Below, piece after piece: positions 19,566 through 30,504 of a DNA stretch of 64,000 bases; within the stretch, counting starts at the first letter, position 1, and the number at the start of each line of letters is the position of its first letter. A program made the position numbers and the translations under genes. The stretch is from Candidatus Falkowbacteria bacterium (lineage in GTDB: Bacteria; Patescibacteriota; Patescibacteriia; Patescibacteriales; UBA12465). The notes beneath the pieces are model-generated. The model saw only the letters and a program-made list of their open reading frames with translations, was not told where the DNA came from and searched no databases. The DNA lies in assembly GCA_037132255.1 (NCBI GenBank), contig JBAXPN010000001.1:191395-255394 (forward strand), given 5' to 3'.

Positions 19566-22500
19566 ATGTCTTTTGTCCACCTCCACAATCATAGCCATTA
19601 TTCATTACTCGACGGTTTAACTAAACTGGACGAGATGATTAATTTTGCCAAGGAGCAAGGATCGCCGGCGGTCGCTTTAACTGACCACGGTTCCATGTAT
19701 GGCGCTATAGAATTCTATCAGAAGGCTAAAAAGGCCGGAATTAAGCCAATTATTGGTGTAGAGACCTATTTAGCCCATAATTCTCGTTTTGATAAAAATA
19801 CCCGAGAAGATGCACGTAGTTTCCATCTTTTATTACTGGCTAAAAACGAAATAGGTTATAAAAATCTCATAAAATTAGTTTCCCATGCTCATATGGAGGG
19901 CTTTTATTATAAGCCACGTATTGATTGGGATTTGCTAAAAGAACATAGCGAGGGGCTTATTGCCTCAACAGCTTGTTTAGCCGGGGAAATACCACGCTTA
20001 ATCATGGCCGAAAAGCTTGACGAGGCTAAAAAGAGAATCAAGGAGTATAGTGAGCTATTTGGGCCGGGGAATTTTTATCTTGAGTTAATGGATCATCCTG
20101 AAATTCCCGAGCTTGTTAAAGTTAATGCTGTTCTCATTGAGCTTTCCAAAGAGCTAAAGATCCCCGTTATTGCTACTAATGATGTCCATTATTTAAAAAA
20201 AACCGATGCTGAGGCTCAGGATATTCTTTTATGTTTGCAGAATAAGAAAAAAATAACCGATACCGATCGCATGAAAATGATTGGCACTGGAGACTACTCG
20301 ATGCGTCCAAATGCGGAGATGATAGCCGCCTTCAAGCATATTCCAGAGGCGATTGAAAATACTCTGAAAATTGCCGATATGTGCAATTTAGAAATTGAAT
20401 TAGGTAATATCCAATTACCGCATTTTGAAGTTCCTGATGGTTATGACGGTAATTCCTATTTGCGTGAATGGTCAGAGAATGGAATCTTAAAACGTTTTCC
20501 AAATGCTACAAACGAGGAGCTAGTCCCTGTTCGCGAAAGACTTGATTACGAACTCGCCGTTATTGCTAAAATGGGCTGGCCATCATACTTTTTAATTGTC
20601 GCTGATTTTATCAATTGGGCAAAGGAAAATAAAATCGTCGTTGGACCTGGTCGCGGTAGCGCAGCGGGTTCTATGGTCTGCTATTTAACTGGTATTACGA
20701 ATTTAGATCCTTTAAAGTATGATTTACTCTTTGAACGTTTCTTAAATCCAGAACGTATCTCCATGCCTGATATCGATATGGACTTTGCTGATATAAGACG
20801 CGGCGAAGTTTTAAATTATGTCGGAGAAAAATATGGGCACGATCACGTCGCTCAGATTATAACTTTTGGAACTATGGCAGCCCGGGCGGCCGTGCGAGAC
20901 GTCGGCAGAGTACTTGATGAACCTTATGAATTTTGTGATAAAATTTCGAAGAGTATTCCGATGTTCATGAAGCTCGATGAGGCAATTAAAACGGTTCCAG
21001 AGCTTAAGGACCTATATAATAACGAGCCGGCAGCCAAGCGTATTTTAGATTATGCGCGCCGTCTTGAAGGAGTTGCTCGCCACTCTTCGACTCATGCCTG
21101 TGGTGTTTTAATTACCAAGAATCCCTTAACTGAATACGTTCCGATTCAATACGCATCGTCCTCTGATCGCAGTATTATTTCACAATACTCTTTGCATCCG
21201 ATTGAAGATCTCGGTCTCTTAAAGATGGATTTTTTAGGATTAAAAAATTTAACGATTATTGAATCCGCACTTAAAATTATTAAAAATACTCGCGGTCTGG
21301 AAATAAATATTGATGAAATTCCACTTGATGACAAACAGAGCTACAAATTATTTCAGGATGGGGAAACCACTGGTGTTTTTCAATTTGAATCATCTGGCAT
21401 GAAGCGTTATTTGCGGGAATTGAAGCCAACTGTTTTTGAAGATATTATTGCCATGGTTGCCTTATATCGTCCGGGGCCAATGGAGTGGATTCCCGATTAT
21501 ATTTCCGGAAAACATAAAACAAAAAAAGTTGTTTATTTGCATGAAAAACTTGCTCCAATTTTAGAAAAAACTTATGGGGTAGCTATCTATCAGGAACAAG
21601 TTATGCAAATTGCTCGTGATTTAGCTGGCTTCACTATGGGTCAGGCTGATGTTTTGCGTAAAGCGATGGGTAAAAAAATTGCATCGCTACTCGCCGAACA
21701 AAAGGAAAAATTCATTGAAGGTTGTGTAAAAAATGGTGTTTATAAGGAATTAGGGGAAAAGGTTTTCTCATTTATCGAGCCATTCGCTGGTTATGGCTTT
21801 AATCGGTCACACGCCGCTTGCTACGCGATGATTGGCTATCAAACCGCTTATCTTAAAGCTCATTGGCCGGTCGAGTTTATGGCCGCATTACTAACCTCTG
21901 ATCAAGGCGACACCGACCGCGTGGCGATTGAAATCGAAGAATGTCGGAATATGGGCATTAAGATAATGGCGCCTGATATTAATGAATCATTTGGAACATT
22001 CACGGTTGTTACTGCCGGCACAAAAGAAAATCGAATTGTGGCAGCCAATGAAAAAGTCGATACTGTTCGCTTTGGATTAAAAGCGATTAAAAATGTTGGC
22101 GAGCATATTGTCGATACCGTAATTCAAGAAAGAAAAGAGAAAGGTCCCTTCAAAGATATCTTTGATCTACTTGAAAGAGTGACTGATCGTGATTTAAATA
22201 AAAAATCACTCGAGAGTTTAATTAAGAGCGGAGCTATGGATAGTTTCGGCGAAAGGGGTGAGCTGCTCGCAAACATGGAAAAGCTTTTGAATTATAATAA
22301 AGAATTAGCAAAAAATCGTGATAGTCGGCAGAGTAGTTTATTCGGCGATCTTCCTGAAGGGTCGGGTTTAAGTCGGACAACTCTTACGCCGGCACCGCCA
22401 GCCGAGCAAAACGAAAAGTTGATTTGGGAAAAAGCCTTATTAGGTTTATATGTTAGCGAACATCCTTATAGCGTATTTCGACCTTATTTAGTAAATTATA

Positions 22501-23153
22501 CAGTTCCGCTAGTTAAACTTAGCCACCATAAGGGAGCAGAAAGAGTTATAACGGCCGGTATTATTTCGACGGTTAAAAAAATTATCACGCGTAAGGGCGA
22601 GTCAATGCTGTTTGTTAAACTTGAAGACGCTACCAATACGGTTGAATTATTAATATTTCCTCGATTATATAAGGAGACATTGAATCTTTGGGTTGAAGGT
22701 CAGGCGATTATTCTTGATGGCAAAGTCTCGGAAAAGGATCAGGAGATAAAAGTATTAGTCAATCGCGCGACTCCGCTTGATCCTGATGCACCAACCAAAT
22801 CAATTGACGACTTTAAGCGGATTATAATGGCTGCTGGGCCACCGAAACCAAGTTACATGAATAAATATCGTAACGCTAATGCTGTAATTGCAAAAAAAGT
22901 TGAAGTTGCCGAAGAAACATCGATGCCTAAAAATCCTTTGCGCCTTATTTTTCTTAGCGACCTCGATCAACAAGATTTATTAAATTTAAAATCCGTCTTT
23001 TCTAAATATCCCGGCGAAAACGAAGTATATTTTAAAATTACCGAGAGCGGTAAGGCAAAAATTCTTAAAACTGCTTTTCGCGTTGAAAATAATGATGACT
23101 TAATAAAGAAATTAAAAGAAGATTTTAAAGATCTTATTAAGATTGCAGAATAA
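19566..23153 (+). CDS. dnaE: DNA polymerase III alpha subunit
   Basis: PHP HLHNHSHYSLLDG, GRGSAAGS, PDIDMD, KMDFLGL and GFNRSH motifs, plus an OB fold. No intein-sized insertion. Confidence 0.98.
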   Translation: MSFVHLHNHSHYSLLDGLTKLDEMINFAKEQGSPAVALTDHGSMYGAIEFYQKAKKAGIKPIIGVETYLAHNSRFDKNTREDARSFHLLLLAKNEIGYKNLIKLVSHAHMEGFYYKPRIDWDLLKEHSEGLIASTACLAGEIPRLIMAEKLDEAKKRIKEYSELFGPGNFYLELMDHPEIPELVKVNAVLIELSKELKIPVIATNDVHYLKKTDAEAQDILLCLQNKKKITDTDRMKMIGTGDYSMRPNAEMIAAFKHIPEAIENTLKIADMCNLEIELGNIQLPHFEVPDGYDGNSYLREWSENGILKRFPNATNEELVPVRERLDYELAVIAKMGWPSYFLIVADFINWAKENKIVVGPGRGSAAGSMVCYLTGITNLDPLKYDLLFERFLNPERISMPDIDMDFADIRRGEVLNYVGEKYGHDHVAQIITFGTMAARAAVRDVGRVLDEPYEFCDKISKSIPMFMKLDEAIKTVPELKDLYNNEPAAKRILDYARRLEGVARHSSTHACGVLITKNPLTEYVPIQYASSSDRSIISQYSLHPIEDLGLLKMDFLGLKNLTIIESALKIIKNTRGLEINIDEIPLDDKQSYKLFQDGETTGVFQFESSGMKRYLRELKPTVFEDIIAMVALYRPGPMEWIPDYISGKHKTKKVVYLHEKLAPILEKTYGVAIYQEQVMQIARDLAGFTMGQADVLRKAMGKKIASLLAEQKEKFIEGCVKNGVYKELGEKVFSFIEPFAGYGFNRSHAACYAMIGYQTAYLKAHWPVEFMAALLTSDQGDTDRVAIEIEECRNMGIKIMAPDINESFGTFTVVTAGTKENRIVAANEKVDTVRFGLKAIKNVGEHIVDTVIQERKEKGPFKDIFDLLERVTDRDLNKKSLESLIKSGAMDSFGERGELLANMEKLLNYNKELAKNRDSRQSSLFGDLPEGSGLSRTTLTPAPPAEQNEKLIWEKALLGLYVSEHPYSVFRPYLVNYTVPLVKLSHHKGAERVITAGIISTVKKIITRKGESMLFVKLEDATNTVELLIFPRLYKETLNLWVEGQAIILDGKVSEKDQEIKVLVNRATPLDPDAPTKSIDDFKRIIMAAGPPKPSYMNKYRNANAVIAKKVEVAEETSMPKNPLRLIFLSDLDQQDLLNLKSVFSKYPGENEVYFKITESGKAKILKTAFRVENNDDLIKKLKEDFKDLIKIAE

Positions 23154-23256
23154 GTTCGCCTATAAATTGCTCGGAATAAAATATTCTGTTATAATAAAGT
23201 TAAATTAATATTTAACTTTTTTTAAATTAAAATAATTTTCATTTTCTTTTTGTCAT

Positions 23257-24768
23257 ATGCCAAGAGTTAAAAAAAATACTGACTTGAGTCCAGAAAAAAA
23301 GATTGTCAAGAAAAGTAAAACCAAAATCAAAATAAAGTCACCTGAAAAGAAAGCTGCCCCGAAAAAAAAGGCTCGCCCGGTTGTTATTGATGTAATTGAA
23401 GACGATGAACCGGAAATTTCTTTTCCAGAACTAAAAAAAGAGGCGATCGGGAGCTTTGCTCCAGATGAATCAAGCGAAGAAGATGACGAAGAAGAGGCAC
23501 CAGTGGAAATCGATCAGCAAAAAAAGTTTTTTTCAGAACTCGTAACTGAGATAAAGGAAAAAAATCCTAAGACTGCTTCGATTAGGCGTACTAATGGCGA
23601 TGAAGAGCTTGAAGATGAGCCGCGCGCTCGTAAAAGTGTCAGTCTTTATCGTCGTTTAGTTTGGCGCTTCATCGCTTTTACGGTTATTTTACTATTAGTT
23701 GTTTTTTATTTTTCCTTTTCTAAGCTGACTATTTATATTTCTCCAAAAGGTGAAACCATAAATGATAATCTTTTATTAAAAGTTGGACCAGTGGAGTCAG
23801 CTGGCGAAAATTCAGAAACAGATTTTCGTGAACAGGTTGCCGGAACGGCAAAAGAAGTTAGTGTGACCGATGAAAAATCGTTTCCAGCAACAGGTGAAGA
23901 GTTTACCGGCGAAGAAATCTCGGGACAGGTCAGTATTATTAATAATTCTGCCAAAAGTCAGGCTCTCGTTGCAACAACCAGAATATTAAGTCCAGACGGT
24001 AAGCTGTTTAGAATAAAGGATGCTGTGAATGTTCCGGCTGGCGTGGAAGTTAATGTCGATATCTACGCCGAGAAGCCGAGCGAGGATTTAGCTATTGCCG
24101 CGACTACTTTCACAATTCCAGGACTTTGGCTGGGCTTGCAGGATAAAATTTATGCTAAGAGTAAGACTGATTTTGTCTTCCGTCAAAAAATTAAGAAATA
24201 CATAAAAGCTTCAGATATCGAGCAGGCAACTAAGGATATGAATGATCTATTAGTAGCAAAGGCTAAAATAAGCGTTGATTCAACGAGCACTAACGCCGAA
24301 ACTCTTTATGAAAGTTTAGATACGGCGAGTTTTGAGATTGATGCTAAGGCCGGTGAAACAAAGGATAGTTTTACAATTAAAGCTAAGGGCAGCTTAGCAA
24401 TTGTCAGTTTTTCAAAGGATGAAGCGGCGAAATTAGCGTCTGCGAAATTAGCCTTACTTGTGCCTGATGATAAAGAGCTTGTTGATTATAGTGCTGACAA
24501 TATAAGTTATACATTCGATAATTACGACACTAAAACGGGAGTTGCTTCAGTTAAGGCAAGTTTTAGCGGCACCATGGTCTTAAAGAGTGATACTCAAATC
24601 ATTGATAAGAAACAGTTAGTAAATTTAAATCGGCAGCAATTAGAAAACTACCTTAAATCTTTTCCGGAAATTAAAAATTATGAATTTAAATTTTTTCCAT
24701 CATTTATAAATCGAGCACCAAGACTACCGGAAAGAATCCAGATTGAAGTAAAAGGATTAGAGAAATAG
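23257..24768 (+). CDS. Bitopic membrane protein with charged disordered N-terminus and a baseplate-J-like extracellular beta domain
   Basis: Lys- then Glu-rich N-terminus and one TM. G.V.IIN.S...Q.LVATTR..SPDGKLFRI...V.VPAG pattern. Confidence 0.6.
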   Translation: MPRVKKNTDLSPEKKIVKKSKTKIKIKSPEKKAAPKKKARPVVIDVIEDDEPEISFPELKKEAIGSFAPDESSEEDDEEEAPVEIDQQKKFFSELVTEIKEKNPKTASIRRTNGDEELEDEPRARKSVSLYRRLVWRFIAFTVILLLVVFYFSFSKLTIYISPKGETINDNLLLKVGPVESAGENSETDFREQVAGTAKEVSVTDEKSFPATGEEFTGEEISGQVSIINNSAKSQALVATTRILSPDGKLFRIKDAVNVPAGVEVNVDIYAEKPSEDLAIAATTFTIPGLWLGLQDKIYAKSKTDFVFRQKIKKYIKASDIEQATKDMNDLLVAKAKISVDSTSTNAETLYESLDTASFEIDAKAGETKDSFTIKAKGSLAIVSFSKDEAAKLASAKLALLVPDDKELVDYSADNISYTFDNYDTKTGVASVKASFSGTMVLKSDTQIIDKKQLVNLNRQQLENYLKSFPEIKNYEFKFFPSFINRAPRLPERIQIEVKGLEK

Positions 24769-24781
24769 TTCTAAAACATAC

Positions 24782-24812
24782 AAAAAAAGCCTCGCGCATA
24801 ACGAGGCTTTTT
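24782..24812. terminator. Bidirectional terminator
   Basis: AAAAAAAGCCTCG...CGAGGCTTTTT between convergent genes. Confidence 0.8.
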
Positions 24813-24823
24813 ATATAGATTTT

Positions 24824-25729
24824 CTAAAATATTCCTAAGAAATTTGAATTAGCTTTCTTCTTTGGGCTGTGAATAACCAAACTTAAATCATTAGCTAATT
24901 TAATTGCATCAGCGAGTGAGCGCTGGTGAAGATTACGTCCAATAGCTAGACCGTTTGTTCCGGCAATACTTAATTGTTCACCTGTAGTTTGAAGCATTTC
25001 TTTGTTTGTTCGTTTTTCGCCGCCGACACATATTACTTTTGTTCGACCAGCCGCTAAAATAACCTCCTTAAATTTCTCGGCAATTAACTTATTATTTTTA
25101 GCGCCGTATGGGTATTTTACTTTTACGAAATCAGCCCCAAGACAGGCGGCCATCCCTGCACCACCGGCAATTGTATGAATATCTTCCTCTTTAATATTTT
25201 TCGCTCGTGGATAAACCCAGAGTACAGCAATCAAGCCATTTTGATGTGCATCGTTAATAGCTCTAGCAACTTTTGCAAGCATTTTGGACTCAAATTTACC
25301 ACCAAGATATAAAGTATAGCCGATGCCAACGACATTCAGGCTGGACTGCTTTTTAAAATCAACAATATCTTTTACTTTCCACCAGCATTTACTTGAATCT
25401 TTCTCTTCGTTTAAACCGATGTTTGATTTACCGTTGAGTTTTACCAAATAAGAAATACGACGATAATCCATTCCATATTGTGCAATTAAACCCAAATGTG
25501 TTGCAAATAGCGCACCTTTTGTACCGGCCGCAATTTTAAATAGATGTTCTGGACTGGCATCATCTTTTGATATACCGGTGCCAAAAAAATCATCATTTAA
25601 ATGCTCAACCTTTTGATCACCGGCAATAAGTAATAATTTGCCCGTACCGGATGTAGCGAGTTCGTAATTGCGACGAAATTCACTCTTTTTAGCTGATGGA
25701 ACACTCAAGGGAAATTTGATTTCTAACAT
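24824..25729 (-). CDS. Class I (DhnA/archaeal-type) fructose-bisphosphate aldolase
   Basis: AGDQKVEH, LVKLNGK, WVYPR, LGADFVKV (Schiff-base Lys) and GLAIGRN motifs. Confidence 0.85.
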   Translation of the reverse strand: MLEIKFPLSVPSAKKSEFRRNYELATSGTGKLLLIAGDQKVEHLNDDFFGTGISKDDASPEHLFKIAAGTKGALFATHLGLIAQYGMDYRRISYLVKLNGKSNIGLNEEKDSSKCWWKVKDIVDFKKQSSLNVVGIGYTLYLGGKFESKMLAKVARAINDAHQNGLIAVLWVYPRAKNIKEEDIHTIAGGAGMAACLGADFVKVKYPYGAKNNKLIAEKFKEVILAAGRTKVICVGGEKRTNKEMLQTTGEQLSIAGTNGLAIGRNLHQRSLADAIKLANDLSLVIHSPKKKANSNFLGIF

Positions 25730-25794
25730 ATAAATATTTATAAATTTATGAAAATATGCTATGCTATTTTTGTTAGAGTAATTATATCATAATT

Positions 25795-26694
25795 ATGTCA
25801 AAAGATAAAAATAATCTCGAAATTGATTTAAATAAATATAAGGATCTTGAAGGACTGAGTTTGAAAAAAATGAATTTCGGGCTTTGGTTATCCGAACATC
25901 GTGCGCAAATCGGAAAATTTTTTATAATTTTTTTAATTGCGATTTCCGCTTTTTTCTTTATTTTTACTTCCTATAATTATTTTGTTTATTTTCGCAATAG
26001 TTCTCTTAAGGCAGACGACATCGCATCAACAATTAGTAACGTTGTATCCCAGCGGAATATCGCGTCTGATATTACTTATGGCATACCGCAAATTTTTCGA
26101 AGCGGAGAAAATTATGATCTCGTTGTCTTAATAAAAAATCCAAACGATAAATTTACTGCCCATTTTCAATATTGTTTTGCCACCAGCGAAAAGAATATTA
26201 AATGTAGTAGTGGGTTTATTATGCCACTGGAAGAGAAATATATTTTTGCTTTAGGACAAAAAATTCAAACTGCTTCTCCGGTTGTTAGCTTTAAAATAAC
26301 GAGTACTTCTTGGCAGAGAATAGACACTCATCAAATTGCCGATTGGTCAAGCTATTTTAATAGCCACATTAATTTTGCTTTTGAAAATATTAACTTGGCA
26401 CTAGCTGATGAAAGTGGTCTATCTGAAAAAATCGGTTTAGACTCTCTTGAATTTACGGCTATAAATCGTTCAAATTTTGGTTATTACGAAGTACCATTTA
26501 ACATCTCTTTTTATAGCGGTTCCGAGCTCATCGGTGTAAATCGTTATATTATTAAAAACTTTTTAGCCGGCGAAAGCCGAACCGTTCGCATGAGCTGGCT
26601 TGGCGGCCTATCGAGCAATATTAGAACAGAAATTCGCCCCGAGCTTGATCTACTTGACGATAGTATTTATCTGAAGTATCAGGGCGCAAAATAA
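25795..26694 (+). CDS. Membrane-anchored hypothetical protein with Ig-like extracellular domains
   Basis: Single TM near the N-terminus, then beta-rich domains (YDLVVLIKNPN, FLAGESRTV). Confidence 0.65.
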   Translation: MSKDKNNLEIDLNKYKDLEGLSLKKMNFGLWLSEHRAQIGKFFIIFLIAISAFFFIFTSYNYFVYFRNSSLKADDIASTISNVVSQRNIASDITYGIPQIFRSGENYDLVVLIKNPNDKFTAHFQYCFATSEKNIKCSSGFIMPLEEKYIFALGQKIQTASPVVSFKITSTSWQRIDTHQIADWSSYFNSHINFAFENINLALADESGLSEKIGLDSLEFTAINRSNFGYYEVPFNISFYSGSELIGVNRYIIKNFLAGESRTVRMSWLGGLSSNIRTEIRPELDLLDDSIYLKYQGAK

Positions 26695-26724
26695 AAACCT
26701 TAAACCGATAAATGATTATAAAAT

Positions 26725-27831
26725 ATGCTTAGTCGCTTCAGGCTATATCTGAAAAATTTTGATTGGCTGATATTTTCCGCAGTAATTCTTCTTATTGCTT
26801 TTAGCTTAGTAGAAATTTATAGCGTGGCCTTAGGTCAGGAAAAATTTAGTTTGCTTAATTTTCAAAAGCAGATTTTTTTTGCCGCTTTTGGTATTATTTT
26901 GCTTTTTTTATTTGCTTTCATCGATTCTTATTTTTTAAAAAGTTTAAGCCGTTATTTCTATATATTTGGAGTTATTGTTCTTTTGGCTGTATTAATGTTT
27001 GGCTCAACGATTCGCGGCACCAAGGGCTGGTTTAATATTTTTGGCTTTGGTTTGCAACCAGTTGAGTTTATTAAAATAATCCTCATTTTATTTTTAGCCA
27101 ATTATTTCTCGGGGCTAGCCACTAAGGTTAAAACAGCGCGCCATTTTTTTGTCTCCGCCGCGAGTGCATTTTTTTTGATCTTTTTAGTCTTGATGCAGCC
27201 CGATTTTGGCTCTTCTTTAATTCTCGGTAGTATTTGGCTTATTATTATTATGGCAGCCGGATTTCCCAAAAAATATTTTATTATTATTGGCGTCGCCGTT
27301 GTGATCGTTTTTACGATTTCCTGGTTTTTCCTTTTTAAACAATACCAAAAAGAGAGAATTCAAACTTTTCTTGATCCAACGGCCAATTCTTTGGAATCGG
27401 GATACAATATCTCTCAAGCCATGATTGCTGTCGGCTCGGGCGGACTAATTGGGAAAGGCGTAGGATTCGGTTCTCAATCACAATTAAAATTCTTGCCCGA
27501 AGCACAAAATGACTTTATTTTCGCCGTTATTGCAGAGGAATTGGGTCTTTTAGGAGTACTATTGGTTCTTGGTTTCTATTCGCTCTTCTTTTTTCGCTGC
27601 TTCGCAGCCCTCAAGAAAGTCGGTAACGATTTCGGCATATATTTTATAATTGGCGCCTCAGGCTTGATTTTTATTCAAATGTTTATTAATATTGGTATGA
27701 ATCTAGGAATTATGCCTGTCGTGGGCCTACCGCTGCCTTTTGTCAGCTATGGTGGCAGTTCCTTATTATCTTTACTAATATTAGTCGGGATAATTGAAAA
27801 TATTATAATTAAATCAAAAATTAGCTATTAA
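26725..27831 (+). CDS. rodA: SEDS family peptidoglycan glycosyltransferase RodA
   Basis: GTKGW, QPVEFIK, QPDFGS, AVGSGG..GKG, LPEAQNDFIF and GLPLPFVSYGGSS motifs. Confidence 0.9.
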   Translation: MLSRFRLYLKNFDWLIFSAVILLIAFSLVEIYSVALGQEKFSLLNFQKQIFFAAFGIILLFLFAFIDSYFLKSLSRYFYIFGVIVLLAVLMFGSTIRGTKGWFNIFGFGLQPVEFIKIILILFLANYFSGLATKVKTARHFFVSAASAFFLIFLVLMQPDFGSSLILGSIWLIIIMAAGFPKKYFIIIGVAVVIVFTISWFFLFKQYQKERIQTFLDPTANSLESGYNISQAMIAVGSGGLIGKGVGFGSQSQLKFLPEAQNDFIFAVIAEELGLLGVLLVLGFYSLFFFRCFAALKKVGNDFGIYFIIGASGLIFIQMFINIGMNLGIMPVVGLPLPFVSYGGSSLLSLLILVGIIENIIIKSKISY

Positions 27832-27835
27832 ATCT

Positions 27836-28468
27836 ATGGAATTAAAGTTAAAGGCAGAGAAGAGAACTGATAATGAAAAATTATCAGCAGAATTCATTCC
27901 GGCAGTTATTTACGGGAAGGGTGTTTCTAATCAAAATTTAAAAATTAAACGTGTCGATTTTGAAAAGGCTTTTGCCGCCGCCGGTGAATCAAATTTAATC
28001 AGTCTAGATTTCGGCGAAGGTGCAGTTAAGGTTTTAGTCAAAGAAACACAACGTGATGTTTTGAAATATACTTTTACTCATGTCGATTTTTATCAAGTCA
28101 ACATGAAGGAAAAAATTACTACTGAAATCCCATTACACTTTATCGGCGAATCAAAAGCAATTAAGGAATTAGGCGGCATGTTGATGAAAGAAATCAATGA
28201 GCTCGAAGTTGAATGTTTGCCTAGTGATTTAGTTGACCACATCGATATCGATATTTCGGTATTAGCAACTTATGATGACGTTATTAAGATTGCGGATCTA
28301 GTTTTACCTAGCGGTTTCAGACTAACTCATAACCATCCTTCTGATGTCGTCGTAGTTGTTGTTGAACCAAAGGCGATAGTGGAAGAAGTTAAGCCAGTTG
28401 AGGCTGCTCCGGTTGCTTACGCGAAAGATGCCAAGAAGGACGCAAAGAAAGAAGAAACAAAGAAATAA
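27836..28468 (+). CDS. rplY: 50S ribosomal protein L25/Ctc
   Basis: IPAVIYG, HVDFY, IPLHFIGE and ECLP motifs. Confidence 0.95.
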   Translation: MELKLKAEKRTDNEKLSAEFIPAVIYGKGVSNQNLKIKRVDFEKAFAAAGESNLISLDFGEGAVKVLVKETQRDVLKYTFTHVDFYQVNMKEKITTEIPLHFIGESKAIKELGGMLMKEINELEVECLPSDLVDHIDIDISVLATYDDVIKIADLVLPSGFRLTHNHPSDVVVVVVEPKAIVEEVKPVEAAPVAYAKDAKKDAKKEETKK

Positions 28469-28486
28469 ATCTACAATAGATCAAAT

Positions 28487-28522
28487 AAAAAATATCCCTG
28501 GTATTTGCCTGGGATATTTTTT
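28487..28522. terminator. Bidirectional terminator
   Basis: AAAAAATATCCC...GGGATATTTTTT between convergent rplY and prmC. Confidence 0.8.
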
Positions 28523-28525
28523 ATT

Positions 28526-29395
28526 TTAACTTATAATTGTTTCAATTATTGCTAAACGTCGCTTGCCAGCTAAATCTTTTTTAATTTTAATGAATCCATG
28601 CGGAAAATACTTTTTTGCGAGGAGTGAAATTGATATATGCTGACTATCATCGATCTCGCACAATACACTAGCGCCAAGCTTGAGAGTTTTTAACTCATTA
28701 AATAGCTCGCGATAGCATTTTAAACCATCTCTACCGGCCACCAAGGCTTGCCCTGGCTCTTTGCTGATACTTGGTGATGACTTTATCTGTAATGGACTTA
28801 AATACGGCAAATTAGCCGCTATTAGCAATCTCTTGCTATATAATTTTGTGAAGTCACGTTTATTTACTAATGGTTCTAATAAATTTCCCAAAAGAAAATC
28901 AATTTTCTTAGCTTGTTTATTAGTTTTAGCGTTTTCTCGTGCTATTTTTAGTGCTGAACTCGAGATATCTATTGCCTTAAACTCCGTCTTATTATAAATA
29001 GCTTTATTTAATTTACTGAGTTCATGTGCTAGAGAAATAATTATAGCGCCAGAGCCGGTACCTAAATCAATTATCATGCTTGGCGTATTTTCATTAAGAG
29101 CCAAACTCAATAATTCTTCGACCATTAATTCTGTTTCCGGGCGGGGAACTAAAACATTTTTATCAACCTTAAATTCCAAGCTAAAAAATTCTTTTTTTCC
29201 AATTAATACCGCGATTGACCAATCCTCCAAACGTTTTCTTTCTAAAACTTTATATTTACTATAAATAGCTGTTTTAACATCAAGTTCAAGATGGCTGATT
29301 AAATATTCCTGACGACATTTCAATAAATAGGCCAACAATAACTGACTTTCTTTTATTGATATTTTTGAAGACTTTAGTATTTCTGAAACTTTCAT
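28526..29395 (-). CDS. prmC: Release factor glutamine methyltransferase PrmC/HemK
   Basis: VLVPRPETE, DLGTGSGAI, NLPY and KDLAG motifs. Lies downstream of prfA. Confidence 0.93.
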   Translation of the reverse strand: MKVSEILKSSKISIKESQLLLAYLLKCRQEYLISHLELDVKTAIYSKYKVLERKRLEDWSIAVLIGKKEFFSLEFKVDKNVLVPRPETELMVEELLSLALNENTPSMIIDLGTGSGAIIISLAHELSKLNKAIYNKTEFKAIDISSSALKIARENAKTNKQAKKIDFLLGNLLEPLVNKRDFTKLYSKRLLIAANLPYLSPLQIKSSPSISKEPGQALVAGRDGLKCYRELFNELKTLKLGASVLCEIDDSQHISISLLAKKYFPHGFIKIKKDLAGKRRLAIIETIIS

Positions 29396-29412
29396 CTTTT
29401 ATTATTTCAAAA

Positions 29413-30459
29413 TTATTTGCGATTATCACGATCAGCCTTTTTCAAAGCACCAACAATTTCCGCAATATCACCATCCATAATTCTGATAATACTATGCCAA
29501 GAGATATTAATGCGATGATCGGTAACGCGATCCTGTGGAAAATTATAGGTACGAATTTTATCAGATCGATCGCCGTCACCAATTTGAGTTTTACGCGCAC
29601 TAGAGTCGGCTGCTAGACGCTCCGCCTCTTGTTTAGCAAGTAAGCGTGAGCGCAAAACCTGCAGAGCTTTCTCTTTATTTTGATGTTGAGATTTTTGATC
29701 TTGGCAAGAAACAGTTATCCCGGTTGGGATATGAACAATACGGATTGCCGAATAAGTTGTATTAACACATTGACCGCCAGGACCGCTTGAGCAAAAAGTA
29801 TCGATTCTAATTTCATTTGCTTTAATTTCAACATCTACTTCTTCCGCTTCAGGCAAAGCAACAACTGTCGCCGTTGATGTATGAACACGCCCTTGCTTCT
29901 CGGTTTCGGGAACACGCTGAACACGATGTGTCCCGGCCTCAAATTTAAGTAAACCGAAAGCGCCCTCGCCCTTAACGGCAAAAATAATTTCCTTATAGCC
30001 ACCAATACCGATTACAGATGAGTCGATTAAGCTTAATTTCCAGCCCTGGCGCTCACAGAAGCGTGAATACATTCGGAAGAGATCACCCGCGAAGAGAGCC
30101 GCCTCGTCACCACCGGCGCCAGCCCGAATTTCGATAATGGTATTCTTTTTATCATTAGGGCTTGAGGGATTAACCTCTTCGTCAATTTCTTCTTTTAGTT
30201 TTTCAACTTTTGCATTTAGTGTAATTAATTCCTCGCTTGCCATTGTTGCATACTCATTATTCGCCTCGGTTTTAAGAATTTCATTATTTTGTTCGATATC
30301 TTTTTCTGCTTTTTCCAAATCTAAAATAAGCGCGATTGCTCGCCTTAGACTGGCGTGCGCCTGAGAAACTTTAACAGTCTCCTTCGCATCTTTCAAAAGC
30401 TCGGGATCCATTAATTTTTGTTCTAGGTCGGCAAATTTTTGTTTTATCTCCTCAAACAT
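29413..30459 (-). CDS. prfA: Peptide chain release factor 1
   Basis: EIRAGAGGDEA, HRVQRVPETE (PxT), GGQ and IRTYNFPQ motifs. Confidence 0.97.
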   Translation of the reverse strand: MFEEIKQKFADLEQKLMDPELLKDAKETVKVSQAHASLRRAIALILDLEKAEKDIEQNNEILKTEANNEYATMASEELITLNAKVEKLKEEIDEEVNPSSPNDKKNTIIEIRAGAGGDEAALFAGDLFRMYSRFCERQGWKLSLIDSSVIGIGGYKEIIFAVKGEGAFGLLKFEAGTHRVQRVPETEKQGRVHTSTATVVALPEAEEVDVEIKANEIRIDTFCSSGPGGQCVNTTYSAIRIVHIPTGITVSCQDQKSQHQNKEKALQVLRSRLLAKQEAERLAADSSARKTQIGDGDRSDKIRTYNFPQDRVTDHRINISWHSIIRIMDGDIAEIVGALKKADRDNRK

Positions 30460-30504
30460 ATTAATACGATTAATTCTTATCTATTATAGATGATTTACTT
30501 AACA

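Noticed and set aside
19566-23153. Possible intein in dnaE
   Set aside because: Normal length and continuous motifs, with no C...HN splice signature.
29413-30459. prfB-type programmed frameshift or alternative genetic code
   Set aside because: The gene is RF1 (PxT motif) in a single frame. TGA acts as a stop in several genes (e.g. 11081, 38631, 60628), so code 11 fits.
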